Shown here piece after piece: positions 53,594-64,000 of a stretch of DNA of 64,000 nt. Numbering within the stretch: the stretch's first letter is position 1; each line of letters opens with the position of its first letter. The DNA comes from Tubulanus polymorphus (Eukaryota; Animalia; Nemertea): NCBI RefSeq assembly GCF_964204645.1, contig NC_134032.1, forward strand, positions 8,110,275 through 8,174,274. Reading direction: 5' to 3'. The notes below the pieces were generated by a model. That model saw nothing but the letters and a program-made list of their open reading frames with translations, searched no databases and was not told where the DNA came from. The translations under genes were made by a program, and so were the position numbers.

Positions 53594-54687
53594 AGTACTA
53601 CTGTCCAACGTGTAAAATTAATATAGATAAATCTCAAAACGCAAGGCATAATAAAACTAAATCTCACTTAGAGAATGATTTGAAATTAGAATATAAAGAT
53701 GATATATTAGAGACTTAATTAGAAGAATTAAAGAATGAAAAAGAAATATATAAATGTGATACGTGTAATCAATCATTCAGTAACCAATAAGGGTAAAAAA
53801 ACATTCTAGAGCGAAAGGTTTCAGCGAACTCTAACTCTTTTTCAATTTCAAGTGTGAGTAAAGTGTGATTGAAATAATTCATATTTAAAACATTGAATAT
53901 TTATATGCGTTAGATTCTTGTTTTTTTTTACATAAAAAGTGTAAGTAAAGTGTTAGTAAAAATAATTCATATTTTAAACATATTTTAATATTTGAATTTG
54001 TATGAGTTAGATTTTTAAACATAAAAAGTGTGAGTAAAGTGTGAGTGAAATAATTCATATTTTTAAAAACTAATTTATATATCTATGTACTAGACGTACG
54101 AGTAAGAATCCAAGAATTCTTACTTTCTTACTTTCTTGGCAAGAATCTTGGATTCTTACTCGTACCTCTCGTACGTAGATATATAAATAATTTTGTAAAA
54201 ATTACAAATATAAATTATTAATCTAAGTATAGAAATTTAAGTGGAAACATATAATTTATTCATTTTTATATATTTCAGGCAATATATTTTATATTTTCAG
54301 CTAATTTAACAGTCTATTGCTTAATTTGAATTATATAATTTATCATTTAATTCGTGAATGTATTTATGATTCCTTAATGATTTTTAATTTTTATACCTTT
54401 TATTACATATTTCACAGCATTTGATATTATTCAATCTTTCTGAAATATGATTTATGTTATCTTTTAATTCGGTGTATCTAATTTTGCAATTATCATAAAA
54501 TTCTAATAACTGTTTTAATGAGTAAACTGAGAATGAAACTAATCCTGAAACCATAATTATTAATTTCAGTTGCTCTTGATTTCTGTAAATAAGATGTAAT
54601 AAATTTAATATATTTTCACTCCTTTTTATAGTTAAAATATATAAAGTAGATTAAATTAAAAGATGCTGTTTTAATCCTCTAATTCTT

Positions 54688-54879
54688 TTAAATTTTTTTA
54701 TTCTTTGTATTTTTATGATTTCCATTTAATTTCTTTAATTTCTTACTCAATTTCATATTTTCATTCATTAGATCTTTACTAATATTCTCGTAATAAAAGT
54801 ATAGCGCAGCCAATATTAACCCTCCAGCGACCAAATAATGTTTCAAATCACCACTTCCAGTTGGAATGAAACCATCCAT
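54688..54879 (-). CDS. 63-aa putative membrane micro-protein of the AT-rich element
   Basis: Paralogue of 555-734, preceded by T-run-TAAATAAATG. Confidence 0.45.
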   Translation of the reverse strand: MDGFIPTGSGDLKHYLVAGGLILAALYFYYENISKDLMNENMKLSKKLKKLNGNHKNTKNKKI

Positions 54880-55701
54880 TTATTTAAAGAAAAAAAAATA
54901 AAAGTAATTTGAAGTATCTTATTTTGAATAACTCATACAGCTTAATCTTATTTCAATATAGAATTATTATTTTTTCCATAATTGATATGTTTAATTGTCT
55001 GATAATGCTTTTATCTATGTTATTTTAAATATTTACCTCCGCAATAACAATACACTTTTTCATTAGGATTGAATTTTCTAAATTCATCATTTTCATCATA
55101 ATTTGATGGAATAGTATCAAGTAGAAATAACGATCTCGATTAATGTATGTATTTCAATACGACTGTACTAGATAAATCGTGGCATCATAAGAAACTTAAA
55201 TTACAAGCTTTTAGATTCAGGTTTGTTGAATGGGATTTTCAGGGGCAACAAAACGAATGTGGCATTATATTGGTGGGAGGTATAACGGACTTCGACTTAT
55301 ATACATTATGCGTATACAAAAGATGGCAAGGTAGATACGCATATACGGATAAAATTGAATATTTAGATTAGAGATTGTTGTTGAAAATCCTTACATTTGT
55401 GATAAAATCCGTTGCAATCGATTATCTTTTTTCTTCCGTTTTGGTTCCTGCGTGCGCGCGCGCCATACGTACGAATTATTGGCCATGATAATCGTGAAGC
55501 TTGCGCTGTTGATAATTCCTCACTACAGGTCGATTATTGTGCATTGGTTGACATGTATTGACCAATTAGATCTATTTCACTACACAGGCTACAACCGTTG
55601 ATTGGTCTAGCAACTGCAGGGGCTGGCCTGTTGTATTTGGGACAAATTCTACTAGAAAAACTATTTTGACTTTGCGTTCGTCGTCTGAAGGCCCCAATAT
55701 C

Positions 55702-56697
55702 CTAACTCGAACAATAGCAAAAATGAATGATTTTACGAAGCTCATTTCTTATTTCGACCCCGGTCAAAATATAAAGAAAAAAATTTATACCGTAATTAGT
55801 GACATAAAGCAAAGTTAAAAGATCATTTAGTATTATGACGAGTGGAATTTTCGACTTGTAGGATTCGGTGGTCTGAAAAATCCAATGGGGGGAGCATAAC
55901 AACAAAAATGAAAAGGTCACAACTAACGTCATCAACAGGACAACTCTGTTCATTTTAGAAGATTTTCTTTCGGCTTGTTCACTTCGACGCCCTGTGAATT
56001 TTCTGCTTCGAAGAATAACCAGTATCAGTACGTTGGCAATCAGGATAATGGTTGCCGGCACGTAAAACACCGTAAACGCGTAGGCAACCTTTAACGTAGC
56101 GTTAAGATCATCGTAATGCATGTATACGCATTGGCTTTGCGGAGCGTAGAATCGAACACTGAAATAATGTATGAACCCTGAAGGCATGCACCATAACGTA
56201 ACGAGAAGCGCGATGATACGTGCAGTTTTAACTTTGTTCAGACGTCTGGTCATGAAAGGAAAGGACACGCAGGCTAGACGTTCTACGGAAACCACTGCAA
56301 TAAACCACGAAGACATATTCTGGAAAATGTGCAACAAGTTATTGACAGCGATGCACGCCGGTGTGTTGTGGAACGTCACCAATACATCTCGGCCGAAACA
56401 CTTACGTAGGAAATTCAACCAAAACAAAAGTCTAGCTATTAGGACGAACGCGTCGGTGATGGCGATCACGGAAAAATATACGCAATAGGTTCGGCTCCGT
56501 AGTTTAATCTGCATGATAAAAAGTGTCATCGAGTTACCGAAAAGTCCAACGAAAATGATAGCTGGTAGAACGATCAGTGTCAACCAGTACTGTGTTTTTC
56601 TCATATACTTTATATCCGGAATGAATTTGTTCTCAATTTCTGCAGACCAGTAAACGAATTCATATGGCTTTGTGATATTTTCAATTGAATTAGACAT
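55702..56697 (-). CDS. Intronless class A GPCR, peptide-receptor-like (FMRFamide/GPR139-type)
   Basis: VGLFGN, IAITD, C..SSWFIAVVSVERLACVSFP, FYVP, CSP, NYGINFFLYILTG. First ATG at 56697 (MSNSIENIT). Confidence 0.9.
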   Translation of the reverse strand: MSNSIENITKPYEFVYWSAEIENKFIPDIKYMRKTQYWLTLIVLPAIIFVGLFGNSMTLFIMQIKLRSRTYCVYFSVIAITDAFVLIARLLFWLNFLRKCFGRDVLVTFHNTPACIAVNNLLHIFQNMSSWFIAVVSVERLACVSFPFMTRRLNKVKTARIIALLVTLWCMPSGFIHYFSVRFYAPQSQCVYMHYDDLNATLKVAYAFTVFYVPATIILIANVLILVILRSRKFTGRRSEQAERKSSKMNRVVLLMTLVVTFSFLLLCSPHWIFQTTESYKSKIPLVIILNDLLTLLYVTNYGINFFLYILTGVEIRNELRKIIHFCYCSS

Positions 56698-57160
56698 TTC
56701 AAGAGCTATTGTATCGCTTCGAGAACTCGAACTATTGTTCACTCGACACAATTGAAAGTTGTAAACGTATGGATGATAACTTAATCATATATAAATAGAA
56801 AGTCTATTTCAATTGTGTTATACGCCCTGGGGTATTGTTAAGAAATGAATGCCAATTTCTATTAGTTTGAGAAGCGATACTTCGAAAGAAATAATTTAAT
56901 TCATTTGTCCAACAACAACACGCGTTTATTTTAGTGTCATTCATTTTGCAAGCCTGAAAAACATTGCAATACGCTTACGTTGGCTTTTCTAGAATACAGT
57001 TGACTCTCTCAAATCCGCTGACATCATCACTTCGCCTTCTAGTCGCAGTGTGGCGTTTTCTGCAGTAGCAATAAGCCACACAATATAAGCACATTTAAGG
57101 TTTCCAGGTGCCATGCCTTGGCTACCAGCTGGACCCACATAGAAGAATTTTCTCGCTATT

Positions 57161-57300
57161 TTTAGGGTTTTCTGTTACTTCACAGAAAACCCTATTGAGA
57201 TTCGCGTATTTCTTATTAGGGTTTCTACTGCTTTCGCATATTAGGGTTTCTGCTGCTTTCGCAGAAACTCTCTTGTAATTCTGTTGATTATTATTATTAT
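57161..57300 (+). mobile_element. Helentron/HINE-like element end
   Basis: TTAGGGTTTTCTG..CAGAAAACCCTATT hairpin, repeated TTAGGGTTTCT and (ATT)n; matches the reverse complement of 6055-6142. Confidence 0.4.
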
Positions 57301-59566
57301 CATAAATTTCTCACTTTCTAGCCAAAAATTTTTCATAAATGTATCTTCTCTCAGATTCGACTACTAACAGCTAATAAACGTTATAATAAACATTCAATTG
57401 TGACAGAAATATAACTCAGCGCCTGACCATTTCGAATTTGCGTATTGTAATTTATCATGAATTAATCCCGCATTATTACTGGGTCTAAACAGCAAATAAG
57501 AATGTCGTAAGAATCATCATCCATTGATTAATGTACATCCCGAAAAGCCTACAAATTACCGGACGACCTTGAGCTTCAAACTCAACCGTAAATCACGGAT
57601 TCGGACTAACCATTAGTCCGGATCCGTCATATCCCACGACCGATAACTACAGCCGGTGCGCAATAAGTGTCTTATTAATGAAACATGGCGGATGGTTGAA
57701 ATCATTTTCGGCATAAACTTATCTCGGAGTTTTAGGACCTTAATGAATTTCACGAAATCATGATCCTTAAAATGAGTTAATTGGTTAATTCTATTCGTAA
57801 ATCAATTAACGTTGGCTACATTTCCTGCAGATTTCTGGCTCGATTCAACGTAATATGGACAGAAATGGTAGGAATTTTCGTACGGAATTTTACTTTCGCG
57901 TTCACTCGACGACTCAGATCGATGACAACGACAGCAGATTTTACGTAATTTAAGGTGAGAATCCGTTAACCAGGGAATATTTTACATGATTTCTTTATAA
58001 TATTAGTACATTTCGTAGCAAATGAGTACTCGGTGAAGCAATGATCATTGTTGGCTAGCTACTTTACCTAGCTTTTTTTTTGGGGGGGTACACCTAGAAT
58101 AGGCCCTAAATGTAGTGTGTAGTGCGTAGAGTCAGTGGAAAGCCTAAGTTGTTAGTAAGGGGCTGCTTTACACTTATGTGTGCGACTATTTATTACTTTC
58201 TTTCCAGCTATTATTCGTGGATTGAACTGGTCACTACGGTCTTCAATTCTTGCAGATGGTGGAAATAAATTTAAACCATAGTGTGCAAGTGTACGTTCCA
58301 AATCAAGCTTTTTCGTCATTGTCGTAACTTAAGCGCAACTGTCTCAGATGCTGTAAGTACTTGACGTTTTATGTGATTGTTATTTTTTCAGTTGCCATGT
58401 TTACAATATTTGGATAAGTAATCAGTTATTATACTTTCTTTCACTCCTCTATGATATTATAAAACAGAGTAATTATTTCATTTGATTGCTTAATTACAGG
58501 TGGGAAGAGGTCGGATGGCATGACAATCGACTGTGGCTGACTAATTAGTGCGAGTAGATCAGGCGTTTCAAAAGGTGTAGCCAAAATGCTTGTATCATCA
58601 GGGGGTAGAAAAATATCTGAAGATAAATGAAAACTTCACCTCATTGATCGTCAGTTCATTTTGCTGGAATTTTTTCGCCTGGATAAATCAACACGTCATT
58701 CAGTTCAAAATCTGTGCTCAGTAGAATTTCTTTCAATAAAATGAAAATTTAATTGACTTATTTTTATGTATTCATGATTGAAATTGAATGGATCTTAAAA
58801 CCAGAGAAAGCATTCGTCTTCAGAAATTTAGAAAATCCTAGACTCAAATTCTGTGAAGTCAGTTAAGGTCTTTTGCTCGAATCAAGCCGAGGGCTCAGGT
58901 GGCTAAAATTCAATTCCTCAATGTCCTATAATGCAGAGTATGATAAAGTTTACACACTGAAAAACGTTGGGCTGTGTAAGTGTAATTTGGATAAGTTAGC
59001 AATATAATGACCGCCCTGGCCCGCTGCATCTGCGACATGAACAAGTTAGACTCTGTTGCTTTGATGCTTTGACAAACGGACTCCTAAGCAAGATGACCTG
59101 CCAAATCAAATGTAAATTAAGAAAGAAAACAACACAATTGATCAGTCAATGCCTTGCGTCTTCAAAAAATTTTCCCGAAAATATTTCTTTTTCTGGCCAA
59201 CACCTGCCTCGACACGCGACGTTCAAGTTGATACAACTGCCATAGGGGGACCATATATCTTCGGTATCCTCAAAGTCACTTTGATTAGACTTGGTACATC
59301 AGTACTTTTTACATGGTAGCCCTTTTGGATCCACATAATCCAGCATACTGTTGACCCAGGTTATGAGAGTTAGAAAAGATCGTTTTCCCTGCATGATACC
59401 GGGATGACGACTCTAAAAAACATGTCGTCTCATTGAATGGGGCTAAATTTTCGATGTTTAGGGCCCGACAGTGCTTTTGTAACGTTGATTCATCAAAATT
59501 TGCACGGAGTATTTGTATCATGAGGATTGTATCAAAAGTACACAAATAATTATTTAGAGTCGGGTC

Positions 59567-62500
59567 TGTGAATACTATAATAGTGAATACTGTAATGCTG
59601 TAATCTGGATTTAACTGTATGCAGTGTATACCATTTCAAGCATGAATTCTCTTTTATATGTTAAAGCAGTTTGTGATTTACACATCATTGAACACAAGTA
59701 TTTATACTGTTGAGCCCTGTACTGTGGGTGAGAAATAAACTAGACGTCTTCTAATACAGTCGTTTCGTCGTTCGTAATCTAACAGGGAAGGCGTTTACAT
59801 GGTCCCTCGAGCCGTAGAGTTGTAGAACTGAGAAAACTGCTACGTGAAATCCGAGTCTGAATCCGAGATGTCTGATTCTTTGAAAAAGCAGAAAGCCAGC
59901 AGAACGGCAAACCGTGGAGTGGCGACAAAAATTCTAGGGGATGTGAAAACCCACGTCGAAAAACAAGATGTCCTGAAAGCAACCATTGCATTAGAAACTC
60001 TCAAGCGGAAATTGACGCAACTGGAAAACATCGACGCACAGTTACTTGAACTTCTGGAGTCCGATGAAGATATAACGTCGCACGTGATGGAAGGTGAGAC
60101 GTATTTATCTGGTTTATTTGGAGAAATAATGACATACTCAAAAAGAATAGAAAAACTCACGAAAACTGAATCTACTCCGAAAAGGTATACATCTGATATT
60201 CAAAAATCGACATTACCGAAATTACAATTACCCAAGTTTGACGGGAATATTTTGAACTGGCAAACCTTCTGGGGTCTGTTTGACGCTGCAGTACATAGTA
60301 GCAGTTCATTCTCTGATGTCGAAAAATTTGCATATTTGAAATGTCAGTTATTAGAAGCAAAAGGCTGTATAGACGGGTTACCATTAACCGAAGAGAATTA
60401 TCGTACAGCCATTAAATTACTGAAGCAGCGATTCGGCCAATCTCAGAAAATTGAACAAGGTTATTTACGTGCTTTATTAGAAATATCTCCTCCATCTAAC
60501 GATCATGTATCACTGAGACATTTCTATGATCAAACCGAAAGTTATATTCGTCATCTGGAGTCCGTCGGTAGATCACCATCCTCGTATGGCTCGTTATTAG
60601 TGCCAATTATGTTGGAAAAATTGCCGTTAAATTTTCGTCGAACAATCGCCCGTTCGTGTAACAAGTTACATTCCGATTGGTCATTAGATGAACTTCGTTG
60701 TGCCATATTAGAGGAGTTACAAATATTCGAATCGTGCGATAAATTCAATGAAGTTTCCTCTTCTAAGCTTGCATGTGACGCTGATGTTACCTCGTTACTG
60801 ACAAACGCCAAGTCAGTGAATCCCAGAAAGACTTATCAAAGTCAGAGATTTTCAAGAGAGAAACGAAAGTTTTGTATTTTCTGTACTAATTCTGCACATT
60901 TTTCTTCAGATTGCCCTACTGTCACCGATATTCAACAGAGGTTGAAATTAGTTAGAGAAGCAAAGAGGTGTTTCAACTGTTTGGGTGATCACCTAGTGAA
61001 AGATTGTAAATCATCTGGCCGCTGCCGTTTTTGTTCGAAGAAACATCACTCAAGTCTATGTTTTACTCGAGAGAAAACTCATCAACTACGTACACAAGGT
61101 ATCATTTCTCCTACTCCAGAAATCAAACCTTCGAATTACGGTAATATAGTTCTACCGGAGTCTAGAGATGCGCCAGGTGATTCTACAATCATCACCCAAA
61201 CCGAACCGAAACAACCTACACTGTCAGTCAATCACTATAATTGTACAGATTCATCGGTATATGAGAGTTCAAATAATCATTCAGTTCAGGCTAGTTCTGT
61301 TTTGTTGAAAACAGCAGTAGCTAGAATGGCAGGTCAAAATGAATCTAAAATTTGTAATATTTTGTTTGACGACGGGTCACAAAGAACGTTTGTATCTAGG
61401 AAGGTTGTAGACTCATTAGATTTAGAAATCTACGCTCGTTATAGTTTGAAAGTTTCGGCATTTAGTTCTAACTCTCAGATACGATATTTTGATGTTGTTG
61501 ATATTCGTGTCCATTGCATAGATGGCTCGACTGTTACTATTCAAGCTTTAGTGATAGACGAGATTACTGAACCACTATTGGTACCTGCTAGTACTGTTGA
61601 AATACCCGAATATAAAGGGCTTACGTTAGCCCATTCTATCGATCATTCTGAGAGTTTTGAGGTTGAGTTACTCATCGGTGCAGATTTCTATTATCAGTTC
61701 ATTTGTGATGAAATTATTCGAACGAAATCTGGCCCGATTGCTCTAAAATCTAAATTAGGTTATTTGATTGCTGGCCCTGTTGACCTTTCTTTATTTCATT
61801 CGATTAATGTTTTAATCAATCTTACTTCTCAACCTGATTCATCGGATTTTTGGTCATTAGAGTCTATAGGTATAATGCCAGAGTGTACACATGATTCCGA
61901 TCAGAAATTTCTTGATAATTACTGTTCAAACTATATCGACAAAGAAAGGGATAACAGGTACCAAGCAAAGTTTCCGTGGCGAGAGGATCATCCTCCTCTG
62001 CCAACCAATTACAATGCAGTCACAAACCGTACTCGTGGTACTTTGCAACGTTTAGCGAGAACTCCAGATATGCTGAGAGTGTATTCTAACATAATCTCTG
62101 ATCAATTAGAGAAAGGGTTTATCGAGAAAGTGTCAGATTCTGAATTATCAAAGTCTGATAGAATCCACTATTTGGCGCATCACCCTGTCTTTCGAGATTC
62201 AAAAACCACGCCAATTCGGATCGTTTTCGATTGCGGTTTTCGGACTTCGGATAATCCTAGCCTTAATGATTGTCTTGATTCGGGCCCTTCTTTATTAAAT
62301 GAATTGACATCAATTCTATTGAGATTCCGTTTCTTTGACGTCGGATTGGCCGCCGACATAGAGAAGGCTTTTTTGCAGATTGGCTTACATCCGAAAGACA
62401 GGGATGCGACTAGATTTTTCTGGCTTAGTAATGCAGATGATGCAAATTCAAAATTTGAAATATACCGTTTCAAAAGAGTGCTATTTGGAGCAACTTCATC

Positions 62501-64000
62501 TCCTTTCATTTTGAATAGCACAGTACTGCATCATCTGAAACAGAATCGTAATGAGACTTCTTCTAATTTAAGTAAGAACATTTACGTTGATAACGTTTTG
62601 ACTTCAGTTCCTTCTGAAGCTGACGCCAAAACTTACTACACACAGTCACGTAAGATACTAGCTGACGGCAGATTCAATTTAAGATCTTGGTCGTCAAATA
62701 GCGAAGAAATTCGCAAGCTCGCCGGTATAGATGGCGTCTTAGAGAATTCTTTGACTATAGACTCGCTTGGCATTCGTTGGGACACAGATCGAGACACTTA
62801 ATCTCTAAAACCAAAATTTATTGATGCTGATGTGCCTTTAACTAAGAGGGTAGTTATCCAGAACTTGTCAAAAATCTACGATCCTTTAAGTTTGATTACT
62901 CCATTGACTATAAAGGCAAAGATTTTCGCTCAAAATTTGTGGAGACAAAACTTTGATTGGGATACGCCATTGCCTTCTGATCTGTGTCAACAATGGAAGC
63001 AAATAGCATCCGAATTAAATGTAGTTTCTGATTTTCATATTCCAAGATGTTACTTTCATAACAGGGATTCAGATAGGATAGAACTGCATACATTTGCGGA
63101 TGCCAGCAAGATGGCATACGGTGCCGTCTCGTATCTTAAGTGTGGTACTGAAAGTACACTGATATTGTCAAGGTCTAGAGTAACTCCTTTAAAAGATATG
63201 ACGATACCTCGACTTGAGCTACTCTAATAGCAGCTAGGATGTCTCATCATATTAGTGAAGCATTAAAGGATGTTACACCGGTTTCTGTTCACTTGTATAG
63301 TGACAGCCAAATTGCTCTATGTTGGATAAAGTCCAAGAAGAAGTTGCCTGAATTTGTTCAGAATAGAGTGAATGAGATTCGAAAATTAGTGGGAGAAAAT
63401 TGGTATTACTGTCCAACTTCAGAAAACCCTGCAGATGTTCTTACCCGGGGATTTGATAAATCGAACCTAGTTCAAAATTCCGAATGGTTCCAAGGACCTA
63501 AATGGTTAACTAGTGAACAGAAACCGGTTACATCACTATCACTTCTGGCGCTTCATTCATCATCAACAATAGGAGAGCAAAATCTTAAATCTCCTGTTTC
63601 AGAAGATAGGAGTCATATGCTCGACTTTTTATTTGCTAGAGAACATTCGTCTTTGACGAAACTTTTACGAGTTACAGCATTAGTTTATCGATTTATATCT
63701 AACTGCCGTGCAGCAGTGAGCGAACGTGTTACATCTTCAGTTACGGCTGAAGAAATTGAGAATGCAGATATTAAGATAGTTAAAGCCATGCAATTTGAGC
63801 AGTTTTCGGAAATTAGAGAACAGTTAATATGTAATAAAAACGGTTCACACCGCTTACCTATCATTAATCAGTTACAACTGTACATAGATAGAAATGATAT
63901 AATTCGTTGTCACGGGCGTTTCGAAAACGCACCGATACCGGATACTGCGAAGGATCCAATACTTCTCCCTAAGTATCATGATTTGACGAAATTATTTATC
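59567..64000 (+). mobile_element. BEL/Pao LTR retrotransposon (5' LTR, PBS, gag-pol), runs off the window
   Basis: LTR ends CA at 59799 (start approximate; AATAAA at ~59734). PBS TGGTCCCTCGAGCCG at 59800. Gag LPKLQLPKFDG..W..F with three Cys/His knuckles; protease LFDDGSQ; RT ADIEKAF..FGATSSP..YVDN; RNase H FADAS..AYG, RLEL, YSDS, NPAD. Confidence 0.95.
59868..62801 (+). CDS. BEL/Pao gag-pol polyprotein (gag, protease, RT), truncated by a frameshift
   Basis: ATG at 59868. The frame breaks after ..WDTDRDT; homology continues in another frame (62832-63227) and breaks again at LELL*. Confidence 0.85.
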   Translation: MSDSLKKQKASRTANRGVATKILGDVKTHVEKQDVLKATIALETLKRKLTQLENIDAQLLELLESDEDITSHVMEGETYLSGLFGEIMTYSKRIEKLTKTESTPKRYTSDIQKSTLPKLQLPKFDGNILNWQTFWGLFDAAVHSSSSFSDVEKFAYLKCQLLEAKGCIDGLPLTEENYRTAIKLLKQRFGQSQKIEQGYLRALLEISPPSNDHVSLRHFYDQTESYIRHLESVGRSPSSYGSLLVPIMLEKLPLNFRRTIARSCNKLHSDWSLDELRCAILEELQIFESCDKFNEVSSSKLACDADVTSLLTNAKSVNPRKTYQSQRFSREKRKFCIFCTNSAHFSSDCPTVTDIQQRLKLVREAKRCFNCLGDHLVKDCKSSGRCRFCSKKHHSSLCFTREKTHQLRTQGIISPTPEIKPSNYGNIVLPESRDAPGDSTIITQTEPKQPTLSVNHYNCTDSSVYESSNNHSVQASSVLLKTAVARMAGQNESKICNILFDDGSQRTFVSRKVVDSLDLEIYARYSLKVSAFSSNSQIRYFDVVDIRVHCIDGSTVTIQALVIDEITEPLLVPASTVEIPEYKGLTLAHSIDHSESFEVELLIGADFYYQFICDEIIRTKSGPIALKSKLGYLIAGPVDLSLFHSINVLINLTSQPDSSDFWSLESIGIMPECTHDSDQKFLDNYCSNYIDKERDNRYQAKFPWREDHPPLPTNYNAVTNRTRGTLQRLARTPDMLRVYSNIISDQLEKGFIEKVSDSELSKSDRIHYLAHHPVFRDSKTTPIRIVFDCGFRTSDNPSLNDCLDSGPSLLNELTSILLRFRFFDVGLAADIEKAFLQIGLHPKDRDATRFFWLSNADDANSKFEIYRFKRVLFGATSSPFILNSTVLHHLKQNRNETSSNLSKNIYVDNVLTSVPSEADAKTYYTQSRKILADGRFNLRSWSSNSEEIRKLAGIDGVLENSLTIDSLGIRWDTDRDT

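Larger units (their letters stand above)
52760..55140. mobile_element. Degenerate AT-rich virus/Polinton-like block (copy 2), interrupted by a MITE
   Basis: Minus-strand homologues of the three ORFs at 5-1096 (CYCGGKY finger ~54950-55090; 54688-54879; TM+C2H2 ~54320-54622). A convergent plus-strand zinc-finger ORF starts at 52842. Confidence 0.6.

Noticed and set aside
61360-61395. Atypical protease motif LFDDGSQ
   Set aside because: Variation at this position is common in BEL/Pao proteases.

Overview
Eukaryotic (animal) genomic DNA, AT-rich, with GT-AG introns. Gene content suggests a marine invertebrate, probably a lophotrochozoan (inference). Four spliced genes were assembled by hand with consistent exon phases. 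(1) A secreted protein with signal peptide, three ShK domains, a pro-domain-less ADAMTS/reprolysin-type metalloprotease domain and a disintegrin-like tail (minus, 8793-17366, 12 exons). (2) A GPI-anchored four-Ig L1/neuroglian/contactin-family (hemolin-like) protein (plus, 19172-29391, 11 exons). (3) A ~1094-aa single-pass tyrosine-rich adaptor with the motif set of vertebrate PAG1/Cbp plus an extra ectodomain (minus, 35615-45839, 10 exons). (4) An AAC4-like gene whose first AUG is out of frame with the conserved domain (plus, 47592-49512). There are also two intronless peptide-receptor-like class A GPCRs, a GPCR fragment, a disrupted BEL/Pao LTR retrotransposon, LINE remnants and many MITEs, including a foldback element carrying arrays of E2F-like sites. 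Two inverted copies of a very AT-rich, virus/Polinton-like block encode small zinc-finger ORFs. A 180-bp unit occurs four times in alternating orientation between (TA)n tracts. All family assignments come from motif recognition only; no searches were run.
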